Below the pieces are notes generated by a model that saw only the letters and a list, made by a program, of their open reading frames with translations, was not told the DNA's origin and searched no databases. From the NCBI GenBank assembly GCA_004553485.1, contig SFLG01000005.1, forward strand, positions 6,412-70,411: DNA of 64,000 nucleotides, read 5' to 3'. The stretch is from Bacteroidales bacterium (GTDB lineage Bacteria > Bacteroidota > Bacteroidia > Bacteroidales > Muribaculaceae). The translations under genes and the position numbers were made by a program. Shown piece after piece: positions 18,333 through 27,320 of the stretch (positions within the stretch are counted from its first letter, which is position 1; every line of letters starts with the position of its first letter).

Positions 18333-19001
18333 TCAGGGAAGTTCGGACAGGAGGTGGTCTTCGACCAGGAGGACACGGCCCGGGTAGCGGTCGATGAGGC
18401 TGTGGTTGTGGGTGGCGATGAGCACCGAGGTGCCGCCCGAAGCGACGATGCTGTTGAGCAGGGCGAAGATGCTCTCGCCGGTCTCCGGGTCGAGGTTTCC
18501 TGTGGGCTCATCGGCAAGGATAAGCGACGGGGTGTTGAGCATCGCGCGCGCGATAACCACGCGTTGTTGTTCGCCGCCGGACAGCTCGTGGGGCATTTTA
18601 TAGCTTTTGTTGGCCATACCCACCGTGTTGAGCACATCGTGGATGCGCCCGGCACGCTCCTCGCGGCTGCTCATGCCGGTGGCACGAAGCACAAAGTCGA
18701 GGTTGTCCTCCACCGAGCGGTCGGTGAGCAGCTGAAAGTCCTGAAAGACGACACCGATGCGACGCCTCAGCGCGGGCACCTGGCGGCGCTTGAGGTGCGT
18801 GAGGTCGTAGTCGAGCACCTCGGCCTCGCCGGAGGCGATGGGCACATCGGCGTACATCGTCTTCAGCAGCGACGATTTGCCCGAGCCGACCTTGCCCACG
18901 ATATAGACAAGCTCGCCCTCGTTGACCTTGAACGAAACATCTTTCAGCACAAGGTAATCGCGTCTCAGTATCTCGACATTCTTATAGTCTATCAGTGCCA
19001 T
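18333..19001 (-). CDS. ftsE: FtsE-like ABC ATP-binding protein
   Basis: GKVGSGKS, LRRRIGVVFQDFQLL, LSGGEQQRV, ADEPTGNLD; no ftsX adjacent. Confidence 0.75.
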   Translation of the reverse strand: MALIDYKNVEILRRDYLVLKDVSFKVNEGELVYIVGKVGSGKSSLLKTMYADVPIASGEAEVLDYDLTHLKRRQVPALRRRIGVVFQDFQLLTDRSVEDNLDFVLRATGMSSREERAGRIHDVLNTVGMANKSYKMPHELSGGEQQRVVIARAMLNTPSLILADEPTGNLDPETGESIFALLNSIVASGGTSVLIATHNHSLIDRYPGRVLLVEDHLLSELP

Positions 19002-19032
19002 AATTCACTACTTTATCGGTTTCAATCATGTA

Positions 19033-19128
19033 GTGGGCGCTTTTAAAAGCGCCCACATCATTACATCGCGTAAACCTTTACATCGCGTATACCTTAACGT
19101 TGTGCAGGTCTTTACATCGCGAAGAACG
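19033..19128. repeat. Perfect 24-bp palindrome followed by four 17-bp direct repeats
   Basis: gtgggcgcttttaaaagcgcccac (19033-19056); ttacatcgcg-based units at 19061, 19078, 19095 (degenerate) and 19112. Confidence 0.85.
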
Positions 19129-19164
19129 AGATGTCGGTCTTAATCCACCTGAAGGCTGTTGTCA

Positions 19165-21720
19165 TCAGCCGCACTTGGAGGTGCCGCACGAGGTGCAGAT
19201 CAGGCAGCCTTCCTGGTAGATCAGGGTCTCGCCGCCGCAGTTGGGGCAGCGCTGGCCGCTGGCCTTGGCGCCGTTGGGCATGTACTTCTTGAGGGCGCGC
19301 TCGACACCCATCTTCCAGGTGTTGATTGACTGCGAGTCAAGCTCGAGGCCGTTGACCAGCTTGATGACCTGGTCGATAGGCATACCGTAGCGCAGAACGC
19401 CGCTGATGAGCTTGGCATAGTTCCAGTATTCGGGGTTGAACTTGTCGCTCAGACCGGGAATGACGGTGCGGTAGCCGCGTTTGTTGATGAACTCGAAGTC
19501 GTAGCGCTTGTTGCCGGCGGCATCGACAGTCTTCACAATCTTTCCCTTGGTTACGCTCTTGGGGCAGAAGATGCCGTCCTCGTCATCGGCAAGACCGGTG
19601 AAAATCTCGTAGGGGCGGCCGTCGGCCAGGCCGACGAAGGCAATCCATTTCTCCTTGTTGTTCTGGAAGCGCACAACATCGCACTCAAGCTCGACAGGGC
19701 GTTTGTGGGGATGTTCGACCTGGGCGATGAGGGTTTCAGAGCCGGCATTCTCGCTCTTCTCCTCCTTCTTTTTCTCCATAGCTACGAGCACACCCGTGCG
19801 CGAGCCGTCGCGGTAGACAGTGCAGCCTTTGCAGCCGCAACGCCATGCCTCGACATACAGGTCGTTGACCAGTGCCTCGGTGACGTTCTCGGGCAAGTTG
19901 ATGGTCACCGAGATGGAGTGGTCGACCCACTTCTGGATGGCACCCTGCATACGCACCTTCTCCAGCCAGTCAATGTCGGCGGCAGTGGCGAGGTGGTACG
20001 GGCTTTCGGCGACAAGGTGCTTGAGCTCCTCCTCCGAGTAGTCCTGGCGGATTTCGTAGCCTTTGATGCGCATCCAGTCGATAAATTTGGGATGGTAAAC
20101 GACATACTCCTCGAACGAGTCGCCGTTCTCGTCCACCAGGTCTACACGGGCATCCGTGTCGCTGGGGTTTACCTTGCGGCGACGCTTGTAAACGGGCATA
20201 AACACCGGCTCGATGCCACTGGTGGTGCGGGTGAGCAGACTCGTCGTACCGGTGGGTGCGATGGTGAGGCAGGCGATGTTGCGGCGGCCCTGCTTGCGCA
20301 TGTCGGCAAGGAGCTGCGGATCGGCCTCGGCGAGGCGTGCGATGTACGGGTTCTTGCTCTCGCGCTCTGCGTCGAACACCTCGAAGGCTCCGCGTTCGCC
20401 GGCCATGTTCACCGACGAGCGGTAAGCAGCCAGGGCGAGTGCCTTGTGTATGCCCACGCTGAAGTTCGTGGCCTCGGGGGTGCCGTAGCGTAGACCCATG
20501 GCAGCCAGCATGTCGCCCTCGGCGGTGGTGCCCAGACCGGTGCGGCGGCCCTTGAGGGTCTTGGTGCGGATTTTCTCCCAAAGGTGCAGCTCGGGGCCCT
20601 TCACCTCCATCGTCTCCGGGTCGTTCTTGATTTTGTCGACGATGATCTGTATCTTCTCCATCTCCAGGTCGATGATGTCGTCCATCAGGCGCTGGGCGCG
20701 GGCGACGTGGCTCTGGAACAACTCCATGTCAAAGGTGGCCTTGTCGGTGAAGGGGTCCTTGACGTAGCTGAACAGGTTGATGGCGATGAGGCGGCAGCTG
20801 TCGTAGGGGCAGAGAGGGATTTCGCCGCATGGGTTGGTGGAGATGGTCTCGAAGCCCAGGTCGGCATAGCAGTCGGGCACACTCTCGCGGGTGATGGTGT
20901 CCCAGAACAACACGCCAGGCTCGGCCGACTTCCAGGCGTTGTGGATAATCTTCTCCCACAGCGCCTTGGCATCGATGTCTTTGCTGACAAGGGGATTGTC
21001 GGAATGCACGGGGAAGGTCTGGCGGTAATCGCGGCCCTCGGTGGCGCAGCGCATGAACTCGTCATCGATGCGTACGCTGACGTTGGCGCCGGTGACCTTG
21101 CCCTGCTCCATCTTGGCGTCGATGAAGTCAGCGCTGTCGGGGTGATTGATCGACACAGTCATCATCAGCGCTCCGCGGCGTCCGTCCTGTGCCACCTCGC
21201 GGGTGGAGTGGCTATAGCGCTCCATAAAAGGCACCAGACCCGTCGATGTCAGGGCAGAGTTTTTCACGGGATAGCCCTTGGGACGCAGATGGCTGAGGTC
21301 GTGGCCCACGCCGCCGCGGCGCTTCATCAGCTGCACCTGCTCCTCGTCGACGCGCATGATGCCGCCATACGAGTCGGGGTGGCCGTCAAGGCCGATGACG
21401 AAGCAGTTCGACAGCGAGCCTACCTGGTAGTTATTGCCGATGCCGCTCATGGGGCTGCCCTGGGGGACGACATAGCGGAAGTCCTTGAGCAGGCCGAAAA
21501 TCTCGTCCTCGCTCATGGGGTTGGGATATTTCTGCTCGATGCGGGCAAACTCGCGGGCCAGACGATGGTGCATGTCGTCGGGGGTGAGTTCAAAGATATT
21601 GCCGAACGAATCTTTGAGGGCATATTTGCTTACCCATACACGTGCGGCGAGCTCGTCGCCGTCAAAGTACTTTAGCGTAGCCTGATAGGCCTGGTCGTAG
21701 GTGTAGGTGTTGTTATCCAC
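19165..21720 (-). CDS. nrdJ: Class II (adenosylcobalamin-dependent) ribonucleotide reductase
   Basis: SLSNCFV, TNPCGEIPL, TIAPTGT, KGCTVYRDGSR, C-terminal CxxC...CxxC; no NrdB partner gene; GTG start. Confidence 0.95.
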   Translation of the reverse strand: MDNNTYTYDQAYQATLKYFDGDELAARVWVSKYALKDSFGNIFELTPDDMHHRLAREFARIEQKYPNPMSEDEIFGLLKDFRYVVPQGSPMSGIGNNYQVGSLSNCFVIGLDGHPDSYGGIMRVDEEQVQLMKRRGGVGHDLSHLRPKGYPVKNSALTSTGLVPFMERYSHSTREVAQDGRRGALMMTVSINHPDSADFIDAKMEQGKVTGANVSVRIDDEFMRCATEGRDYRQTFPVHSDNPLVSKDIDAKALWEKIIHNAWKSAEPGVLFWDTITRESVPDCYADLGFETISTNPCGEIPLCPYDSCRLIAINLFSYVKDPFTDKATFDMELFQSHVARAQRLMDDIIDLEMEKIQIIVDKIKNDPETMEVKGPELHLWEKIRTKTLKGRRTGLGTTAEGDMLAAMGLRYGTPEATNFSVGIHKALALAAYRSSVNMAGERGAFEVFDAERESKNPYIARLAEADPQLLADMRKQGRRNIACLTIAPTGTTSLLTRTTSGIEPVFMPVYKRRRKVNPSDTDARVDLVDENGDSFEEYVVYHPKFIDWMRIKGYEIRQDYSEEELKHLVAESPYHLATAADIDWLEKVRMQGAIQKWVDHSISVTINLPENVTEALVNDLYVEAWRCGCKGCTVYRDGSRTGVLVAMEKKKEEKSENAGSETLIAQVEHPHKRPVELECDVVRFQNNKEKWIAFVGLADGRPYEIFTGLADDEDGIFCPKSVTKGKIVKTVDAAGNKRYDFEFINKRGYRTVIPGLSDKFNPEYWNYAKLISGVLRYGMPIDQVIKLVNGLELDSQSINTWKMGVERALKKYMPNGAKASGQRCPNCGGETLIYQEGCLICTSCGTSKCG

Positions 21721-21899
21721 AGGAATTGCGTTTAAGAATGGGTTGACAGCCGGCAGAGGCGCCTTATAATATATGTGTGCGGGTGCGTGCCGTCGTCGAA
21801 ATGTGATACAAAAGTGATATTTTTACCGGTTTAAGGATTTGTTTTCAAAGTTAATGGAAATTTCTTTCATGGCAAAAGCCTGAGCTCCGAAACAGGCAC

Positions 21900-21941
21900 A
21901 ATTTTCCGGATAGAACTTTCCGGATAGAATTTTCCGGGTGC
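21900..21941. repeat. 14-bp tandem repeat x3
   Basis: aattttccggatag aactttccggatag aattttccgggtgc. Confidence 0.85.
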
Positions 21942-21944
21942 ACT

Positions 21945-22814
21945 TTAGATGTCATCGGACACCTTGCGGGCGGCTTTGCTGTCGATGTCGCCCAGGCTCT
22001 CGGGATGCTGAGGCGACCCGATGTCGCGGCGGGCGGCGCCGACGGCGGTGCGGCCGTTGCGCAGGATGTACTCGCGCACCTCCTCGAACAGGTCGGTGGC
22101 AAAGACAAAGTCGTTGAGGGCGCGGTTGGTCGAGGCAAAGATTTTCTCCTTGTCGCCCACCCACTCGCGGTAGCCTTTGTTGATGAACACAATGTTCTCG
22201 CCGATTCCGAGCACCGAGTTCATGTCGTGGGTGTTGATGACGGTGGTGATGCCGTACTCGTGCGTGATGTCGCTTAGCAGCTCGTCAATCAGAATGGACG
22301 TCTTGGGGTCGAGGCCCGAGTTGGGCTCGTCGCAGAACAGGTATTTCGGGTTGAGGGCGATGGCGCGGGCGATGGCGGCGCGTTTCTGCATACCGCCCGA
22401 CAGCTCGGCGGGATATTTGTTTTCGGCGCCCGAGAGGTTGACACGCTCGATACAGAACATCGCGCGGTCGTGCATCTCGGCCTTTGACATGTTGCTGAAC
22501 ATCACCATCGGGAACATCACGTTGCCCAGCACGGTCTCCGAGTCGAAGAGCGCCGAGCCCTGGAAGAGCATGCCAATCTCGCGGTGCAGGGCCTTTACCT
22601 CGTCGCCTGACATCTGCAGCAGGTCGCGGCCGTCAAAGAGGATGTGGCCCGACTCGGGGCGCAGCAGGCCCACAAGACTCTTCATAAGCACGGTCTTGCC
22701 CGATCCAGACTGACCGATGATGAGGTTGGTTTTGCCGGTATAGAATGTCGCCGACACATCGTGCAGGACGGTGCGGCCGTCAAACGACTTTGTTATATCT
22801 TTTACTTCTATCAT
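21945..22814 (-). CDS. mlaF: MlaF-type ABC ATP-binding protein
   Basis: GQSGSGKT, FQGSALFDS, LSGGMQKR, DEPNSGLDP; next to mlaE. Confidence 0.9.
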   Translation of the reverse strand: MIEVKDITKSFDGRTVLHDVSATFYTGKTNLIIGQSGSGKTVLMKSLVGLLRPESGHILFDGRDLLQMSGDEVKALHREIGMLFQGSALFDSETVLGNVMFPMVMFSNMSKAEMHDRAMFCIERVNLSGAENKYPAELSGGMQKRAAIARAIALNPKYLFCDEPNSGLDPKTSILIDELLSDITHEYGITTVINTHDMNSVLGIGENIVFINKGYREWVGDKEKIFASTNRALNDFVFATDLFEEVREYILRNGRTAVGAARRDIGSPQHPESLGDIDSKAARKVSDDI

Positions 22815-22826
22815 TTTCTTTCGGGA

Positions 22827-23576
22827 TTACTGAAGCAGCAGCTTGGTGAGGATGACGTCGAAGAGCAGAATAAGGATCGACGACGACACCACGGCATTGG
22901 TCGAGGCCTTGCCCACCTCGAGCGCGCCGCCCTTGACGTAGTAGCCCCAGTAGGCGGCCACCGACGAGATTATGTAGGCGAAGAACAGACTCTTGATGAG
23001 GCCGTACCATACATACCACTCCTGGAAGAGGGCCTGCAGGCCGTAAACATAGCGCGAGACGGGGATGATGTCGGTGAAGGCGGCGACAAACCAGCCGCCG
23101 ACCATGGCGGTCGCTATCGACAGTATCACCAGCACGGGCATGAAGAAGATGAAGGCGGCGATTTTGGGCAGGACCAGGTAGCAGGCCGAGTTGACGCCCA
23201 TGATCTCGAGGGCGTCGATTTGCTCGGTTACGCGCATGGTGCCTATCTCCGAGGCGATGTTCGAGCCCACCTTGCCCGCCAGTATCAGGCACAGGATTGA
23301 GTTGGAGAACTCGAGTAGCACGATGTCGCGTGTGGCAAGGCCCACCGAGTATGCCGGGATGAGCGGCGAGGTAATGTTGAGCTGCATCTGTATGGTGATT
23401 ACCGCGCCGATGAAGATGGAGATGACAATTACCAGCGGGATGGAGTCGATGCCCAGCTTGGTCACCTCGTCGACAAAGCGCTTTGCGTACACCCTCAGGC
23501 GCTCGGGACGCGAAAACACGCGCCACACAAACTGCCAGTAGCGACCGAAGCTCTCTATTGATTTTTCTATTATCAT
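22827..23576 (-). CDS. mlaE: MlaE-type ABC permease
   Basis: AGKVGSNIASEIGTMRVTEQIDALEIMG, GGALEVGKAST. Confidence 0.93.
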   Translation of the reverse strand: MIIEKSIESFGRYWQFVWRVFSRPERLRVYAKRFVDEVTKLGIDSIPLVIVISIFIGAVITIQMQLNITSPLIPAYSVGLATRDIVLLEFSNSILCLILAGKVGSNIASEIGTMRVTEQIDALEIMGVNSACYLVLPKIAAFIFFMPVLVILSIATAMVGGWFVAAFTDIIPVSRYVYGLQALFQEWYVWYGLIKSLFFAYIISSVAAYWGYYVKGGALEVGKASTNAVVSSSILILLFDVILTKLLLQ

Positions 23577-23592
23577 ATTGCGTGACGGGCTA

Positions 23593-24492
23593 TTAGAGCA
23601 GTTTTATGCTGATGTAGCGCTTGGGGTTCTTTTGGATATCCTTCAGCAGGGCGTCCATCGAGGCGGCCGTGTTGTTGAGGTTGTTGTACAGCTGCGGGTC
23701 GTTGAGCAGCTTGCCCAGCGTGGAGTTGGGGCTGCTGAGCTCGCGGGTCAGGCTGTTGATGTTGTCGATGGTAAGCTGAAGCTGACGGCTGAGCGAGTCG
23801 AGGGGCACCTGGTTGAGGTTCTGAGCGAATTTGTTAAGCTCGGCCGACGTCTGGTTGAAGTTGCCGGTAATGGCCTTGACGTCGCCCATGACGGCGGGGG
23901 CACCGGCCATTGTACGGTTGAGCATCTGGGTGGTGACGACAAGGTTCGACGAGATGGTGTCGAGGCGCTTCACCGTGGCGGCGAGGGCGGGGTCGGCCAT
24001 CAGCGTGTTGGTGGTAGTGAGCAGGGTGTCCACCTTTGCCACGAGGCCGAGTACCGCCGGAATGATGTCGGTGGTGGCGCTGTCCATCAGGCCTTTTGCC
24101 ACTGTCGTGGGCAGCTCGCTGCCGACTTTGCAGTAGCTTTTGTCCTTGCCGAGCTCGATGGCGATGGACGAGGTGCCCAACATATCGGTGGTGAAGATTG
24201 CCGACGAGCCTTCGGGCAGCTTCAGGCGAGAGTCAAGGGCCATCTCGACGCGCACATGGCCGGGATTGTCGTACAGGTACTCTATCGACCGCACTTGTCC
24301 AACCTTGTAACCGTTTACCGTCACGGGAGCCGAGACGGACAGGCCGTTGACGTTCTCGTAGGTGGCATAATAGTAGTTGGAGGGCTGGAAGATGCTTGCG
24401 CCCTTGAGAAATTCAATGCCGAAATAAAGGATTGTCAGTGCCACAAGGATGCAGGCACCAATCGCGAATTCTTTTTTGAAAAGTTTCTTCAT
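23593..24492 (-). CDS. mlaD: MlaD/MCE family protein
   Basis: N-terminal TM, GLSVSAPVTVNGYKVGQV, helical tail LLKDIQKNPKRY. Confidence 0.92.
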   Translation of the reverse strand: MKKLFKKEFAIGACILVALTILYFGIEFLKGASIFQPSNYYYATYENVNGLSVSAPVTVNGYKVGQVRSIEYLYDNPGHVRVEMALDSRLKLPEGSSAIFTTDMLGTSSIAIELGKDKSYCKVGSELPTTVAKGLMDSATTDIIPAVLGLVAKVDTLLTTTNTLMADPALAATVKRLDTISSNLVVTTQMLNRTMAGAPAVMGDVKAITGNFNQTSAELNKFAQNLNQVPLDSLSRQLQLTIDNINSLTRELSSPNSTLGKLLNDPQLYNNLNNTAASMDALLKDIQKNPKRYISIKLL

Positions 24493-24540
24493 GTTCTATG
24501 TCGTAGTTTTCATTTATACATTATAAATATGTGCGCCGGC

Positions 24541-25440
24541 CTATCTGTGTGTCGCCGTCGCCTTGCCGGCGTTGCCTTCGCGGTACTGGGTGAAGGCGCG
24601 GAAGAGCGCCTCGGCGCATTGCTCGCGTCCGTCGTCGCTGTTGAGGAACGACTCGGCCTTGGGGTTGCAGATGAAGTCAAGCTCGACCAGCACCGCCGGC
24701 ATCGACGTTGCCCACAGCACCCAGAACCCGGCCTGGCGCACGCCCTTGTCGGCGCGTCCGGCATGGTTGACAAGCTGCTCCTGGGCCAGGGCGGCGAAGT
24801 CGAGGCTGCGGTGCAGGTGCAGGTTGCTCGACAGCTCGAAGATGATGTACGACTCGGTGCTGTTGGGGTCGAAGCCGCGGTAGACGCTCGAGTAGTCGTC
24901 CTCAAGCTCCATCACGGCGTTCTCGCGCATGGCCACGCCCATGTTCTTCTCGGCCTTGTCGGCGCCGAGGGCATAGACGCTGGTGCCGTTGACGGCGCTG
25001 CGGCCCTTGCTCTTGTAAGGGACCGAGTTGACGTGGATGCTGATGAACAGGTCGCCGTTCTCGCGGTTGGCGATGTTGGCGCGCTGCTGCAGGGTGAGGA
25101 AGTAGTCGCCGTCGCGGGTGAGGACGACGCGGGTGTCCTTGCTGCCATCCTCGATTTTGCGGGCCAGACGGCGCGCCACGTCAAGATTGATGCTCTTCTC
25201 GTTGGCGTGTTTGCCCACGCACCCGAAGTCGCGGCCGCCGTGCCCGGCGTCGATGACGACGGTGAAGGCTGCCTTTTCTTTCTTTGTCTTGGACAGCGAC
25301 TTGGTTGTCTTAGACGTCTTTGTCGTCTTTGCTTTCCTGGGCGTCTCTGAGGCATACACCGCAAGCCCGCCCATCACAACAATGGCCAGGACCGCTGCAA
25401 ACAGGGGCAGCAAGCGGTTGAAACAAGACTTGACTTGCAT
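24541..25440 (-). CDS. N-acetylmuramoyl-L-alanine amidase (Amidase_3)
   Basis: VVIDAGHGG, EKSINL, FISIHVN, MPAVLVEL. Confidence 0.93.
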   Translation of the reverse strand: MQVKSCFNRLLPLFAAVLAIVVMGGLAVYASETPRKAKTTKTSKTTKSLSKTKKEKAAFTVVIDAGHGGRDFGCVGKHANEKSINLDVARRLARKIEDGSKDTRVVLTRDGDYFLTLQQRANIANRENGDLFISIHVNSVPYKSKGRSAVNGTSVYALGADKAEKNMGVAMRENAVMELEDDYSSVYRGFDPNSTESYIIFELSSNLHLHRSLDFAALAQEQLVNHAGRADKGVRQAGFWVLWATSMPAVLVELDFICNPKAESFLNSDDGREQCAEALFRAFTQYREGNAGKATATHR

Positions 25441-25625
25441 AATTGACGTTATTGATGCAAAAATACAAAATATTTATGGGGTGCAGGGCGGCATCATATA
25501 CTTTTTTTTGCCCTTTATGGATTTTTATACCATAAATCTGCACTTTTGTGCTATGCTGTTGCTATCTTTGCATAAACAAACAATCACTGCCCGTAATGTG
25601 TTCCGACGGGTAGCCCTATCTTATT

Positions 25626-26726
25626 ATGAAAAAATTTTTTCACCGTATATTTTTTATCCTGCCCGTTGTCGCTATGGCAGCGGCCGCAATGTCGTGCTCG
25701 GGCGACAAAGAGAAAGAAGATTACCGCGAGCAGAAGATCGTACGCCTCGACCGCCTGACCTACGAATACCCGAAGATGGACGCCGCGCGCCGCAGCAGTG
25801 TCCGCGACAGTTTCGGCACCGAGCTTACGGCCCTTGTCAGGGTCATGGGCCTGGGCGACCGGACATCGGACGAGGCCATCCTCGCCTGGGCAGATACGCA
25901 GCCCGTCAAGATTTTCAGTCCGCTGGTAGACAAGGAGTTTCCCAATCTCGACGAGCTTGAGAAGGCTCTTGGCAAGATCATCGGCAACGCCGAGGAGAGC
26001 GGTCTGAAAATTCCGCATTACTCCTACGCCACCGTGGTATGGGGCAAGCCCAAATCCATCATCTTTGCCGACTCCGTGGCCCTTATCGCGCTCAACCACT
26101 ACCTCGGCCCGGAAAATCCCGCCTACGCCAACTGGCCCGAATACATACGCAACCAGAAGCGGCGCGAGCTGCTCCCCTACGACATCACCGAGGCCATCGT
26201 GGCCACCAACTACCCCTATCAGCCCGCCGACGCACGCCCTGCCGCAGCCAAGCCGGCAGTGGTGACCGACCCCGAGGACCAGTCGACGGCCGACGACATC
26301 CCCGACTTTGAGCCGGTGTCAGACGGCACGTTGCTCAACCGCCTGCTGTACGAGGGAGCGCTGGCATACGCCAAGACACAGCTTGTGCCCGATGCCGACG
26401 TGACGCTGGCACTGGGCTTTACGCCCGACCAGATGCGCGATATCGTCGCCAACGAGGAATATACCTGGAACAAGATTGTATCCAGAAAGATGCTCTATTC
26501 CACCGACCCGGAGCTGCACGGACGCCTGTTCAACCTGCTGCCCAACTCGGCCCCCATCAGCCCGCAGGCCCCGGGACGCGCCCTGCGCTACATCGGCCTG
26601 CAGATAGTACGGTCGTACGTCAACGGCCACAAGGACGTCAAGCTCGAATACCTCCTCTCCCCGGCTTTCTACAACAACGCCAACACCCTCCGCGACGCCG
26701 CATACACCCCCGCCAAACCGCAGTAA
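25626..26726 (+). CDS. GldB-like lipoprotein
   Basis: Lipobox AMSC, IVRLDR, IALNHYLG, LLYEG, PGRALRYIGLQIVRSY. Confidence 0.75.
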   Translation: MKKFFHRIFFILPVVAMAAAAMSCSGDKEKEDYREQKIVRLDRLTYEYPKMDAARRSSVRDSFGTELTALVRVMGLGDRTSDEAILAWADTQPVKIFSPLVDKEFPNLDELEKALGKIIGNAEESGLKIPHYSYATVVWGKPKSIIFADSVALIALNHYLGPENPAYANWPEYIRNQKRRELLPYDITEAIVATNYPYQPADARPAAAKPAVVTDPEDQSTADDIPDFEPVSDGTLLNRLLYEGALAYAKTQLVPDADVTLALGFTPDQMRDIVANEEYTWNKIVSRKMLYSTDPELHGRLFNLLPNSAPISPQAPGRALRYIGLQIVRSYVNGHKDVKLEYLLSPAFYNNANTLRDAAYTPAKPQ

Positions 26727-26744
26727 CAGCCGATCTTCCACCCG

Positions 26745-27125
26745 TTACTTGGCGGGCTCCATGAAGACAAGGTAGACGGCGGCGACAATAAGCAGGAAGG
26801 CGACGATGTGGTTCCAGCCGATGTGCGTGCCCTTGAAGGCTATCATCGTGAAGATGGTGAAGACGACAAGGGTGATGCACTCCTGCATGACTTTCAGCTG
26901 TACCAGCGAGAACGGCCCGCCGTTGCCGGCAAAGCCGATGCGGTTGGCCGGAACCATAAACGAATACTCGATGAGGGCGATGCCCCAGCTGAGGAGGACC
27001 ACCAGATACAGCGGCCAGTTGGACGAGACACCCGTCTGCTGAAGCTTGAGATGGCCGTACCAGGCCAAGGTCATAAAGATATTGGAGACAATAAGCAGCA
27101 GAACGGTAAGTAATACGGGTTTCAT
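26745..27125 (-). CDS. Small DMT family membrane protein (DUF486-type)
   Basis: SNIFMTLAWYGHLK, SWGIALIEY..VPANRIG, QLKVMQE. Confidence 0.9.
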   Translation of the reverse strand: MKPVLLTVLLLIVSNIFMTLAWYGHLKLQQTGVSSNWPLYLVVLLSWGIALIEYSFMVPANRIGFAGNGGPFSLVQLKVMQECITLVVFTIFTMIAFKGTHIGWNHIVAFLLIVAAVYLVFMEPAK

Positions 27126-27320
27126 TATATTTTATCCAAAATAAATTCGTACCTTTTGCAGTGCAAAACAACAATGCTTTTTGCGGTGCAAAGTTACAAA
27201 GCTTTGTGGCAAACAAAAAGCTTTCGGCGCGTGTTTATTCGGTAAGATAATAAAAGTATATGCTTATCCGAATAATTTTAGCCGTTTAGCCCATTAGCCG
27301 TTTAGCCCTTACTTAATATT

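Noticed and set aside
21721..21850. Cobalamin riboswitch or NrdR box upstream of nrdJ
   Set aside because: No B12-box or GGGAA core; cacacatatattata only loosely resembles an NrdR box and is single.
25626..26726. GldB-like and PorE genes as evidence of gliding motility
   Set aside because: Such homologs occur in non-motile T9SS-bearing Bacteroidales, and no motility cluster is present here.
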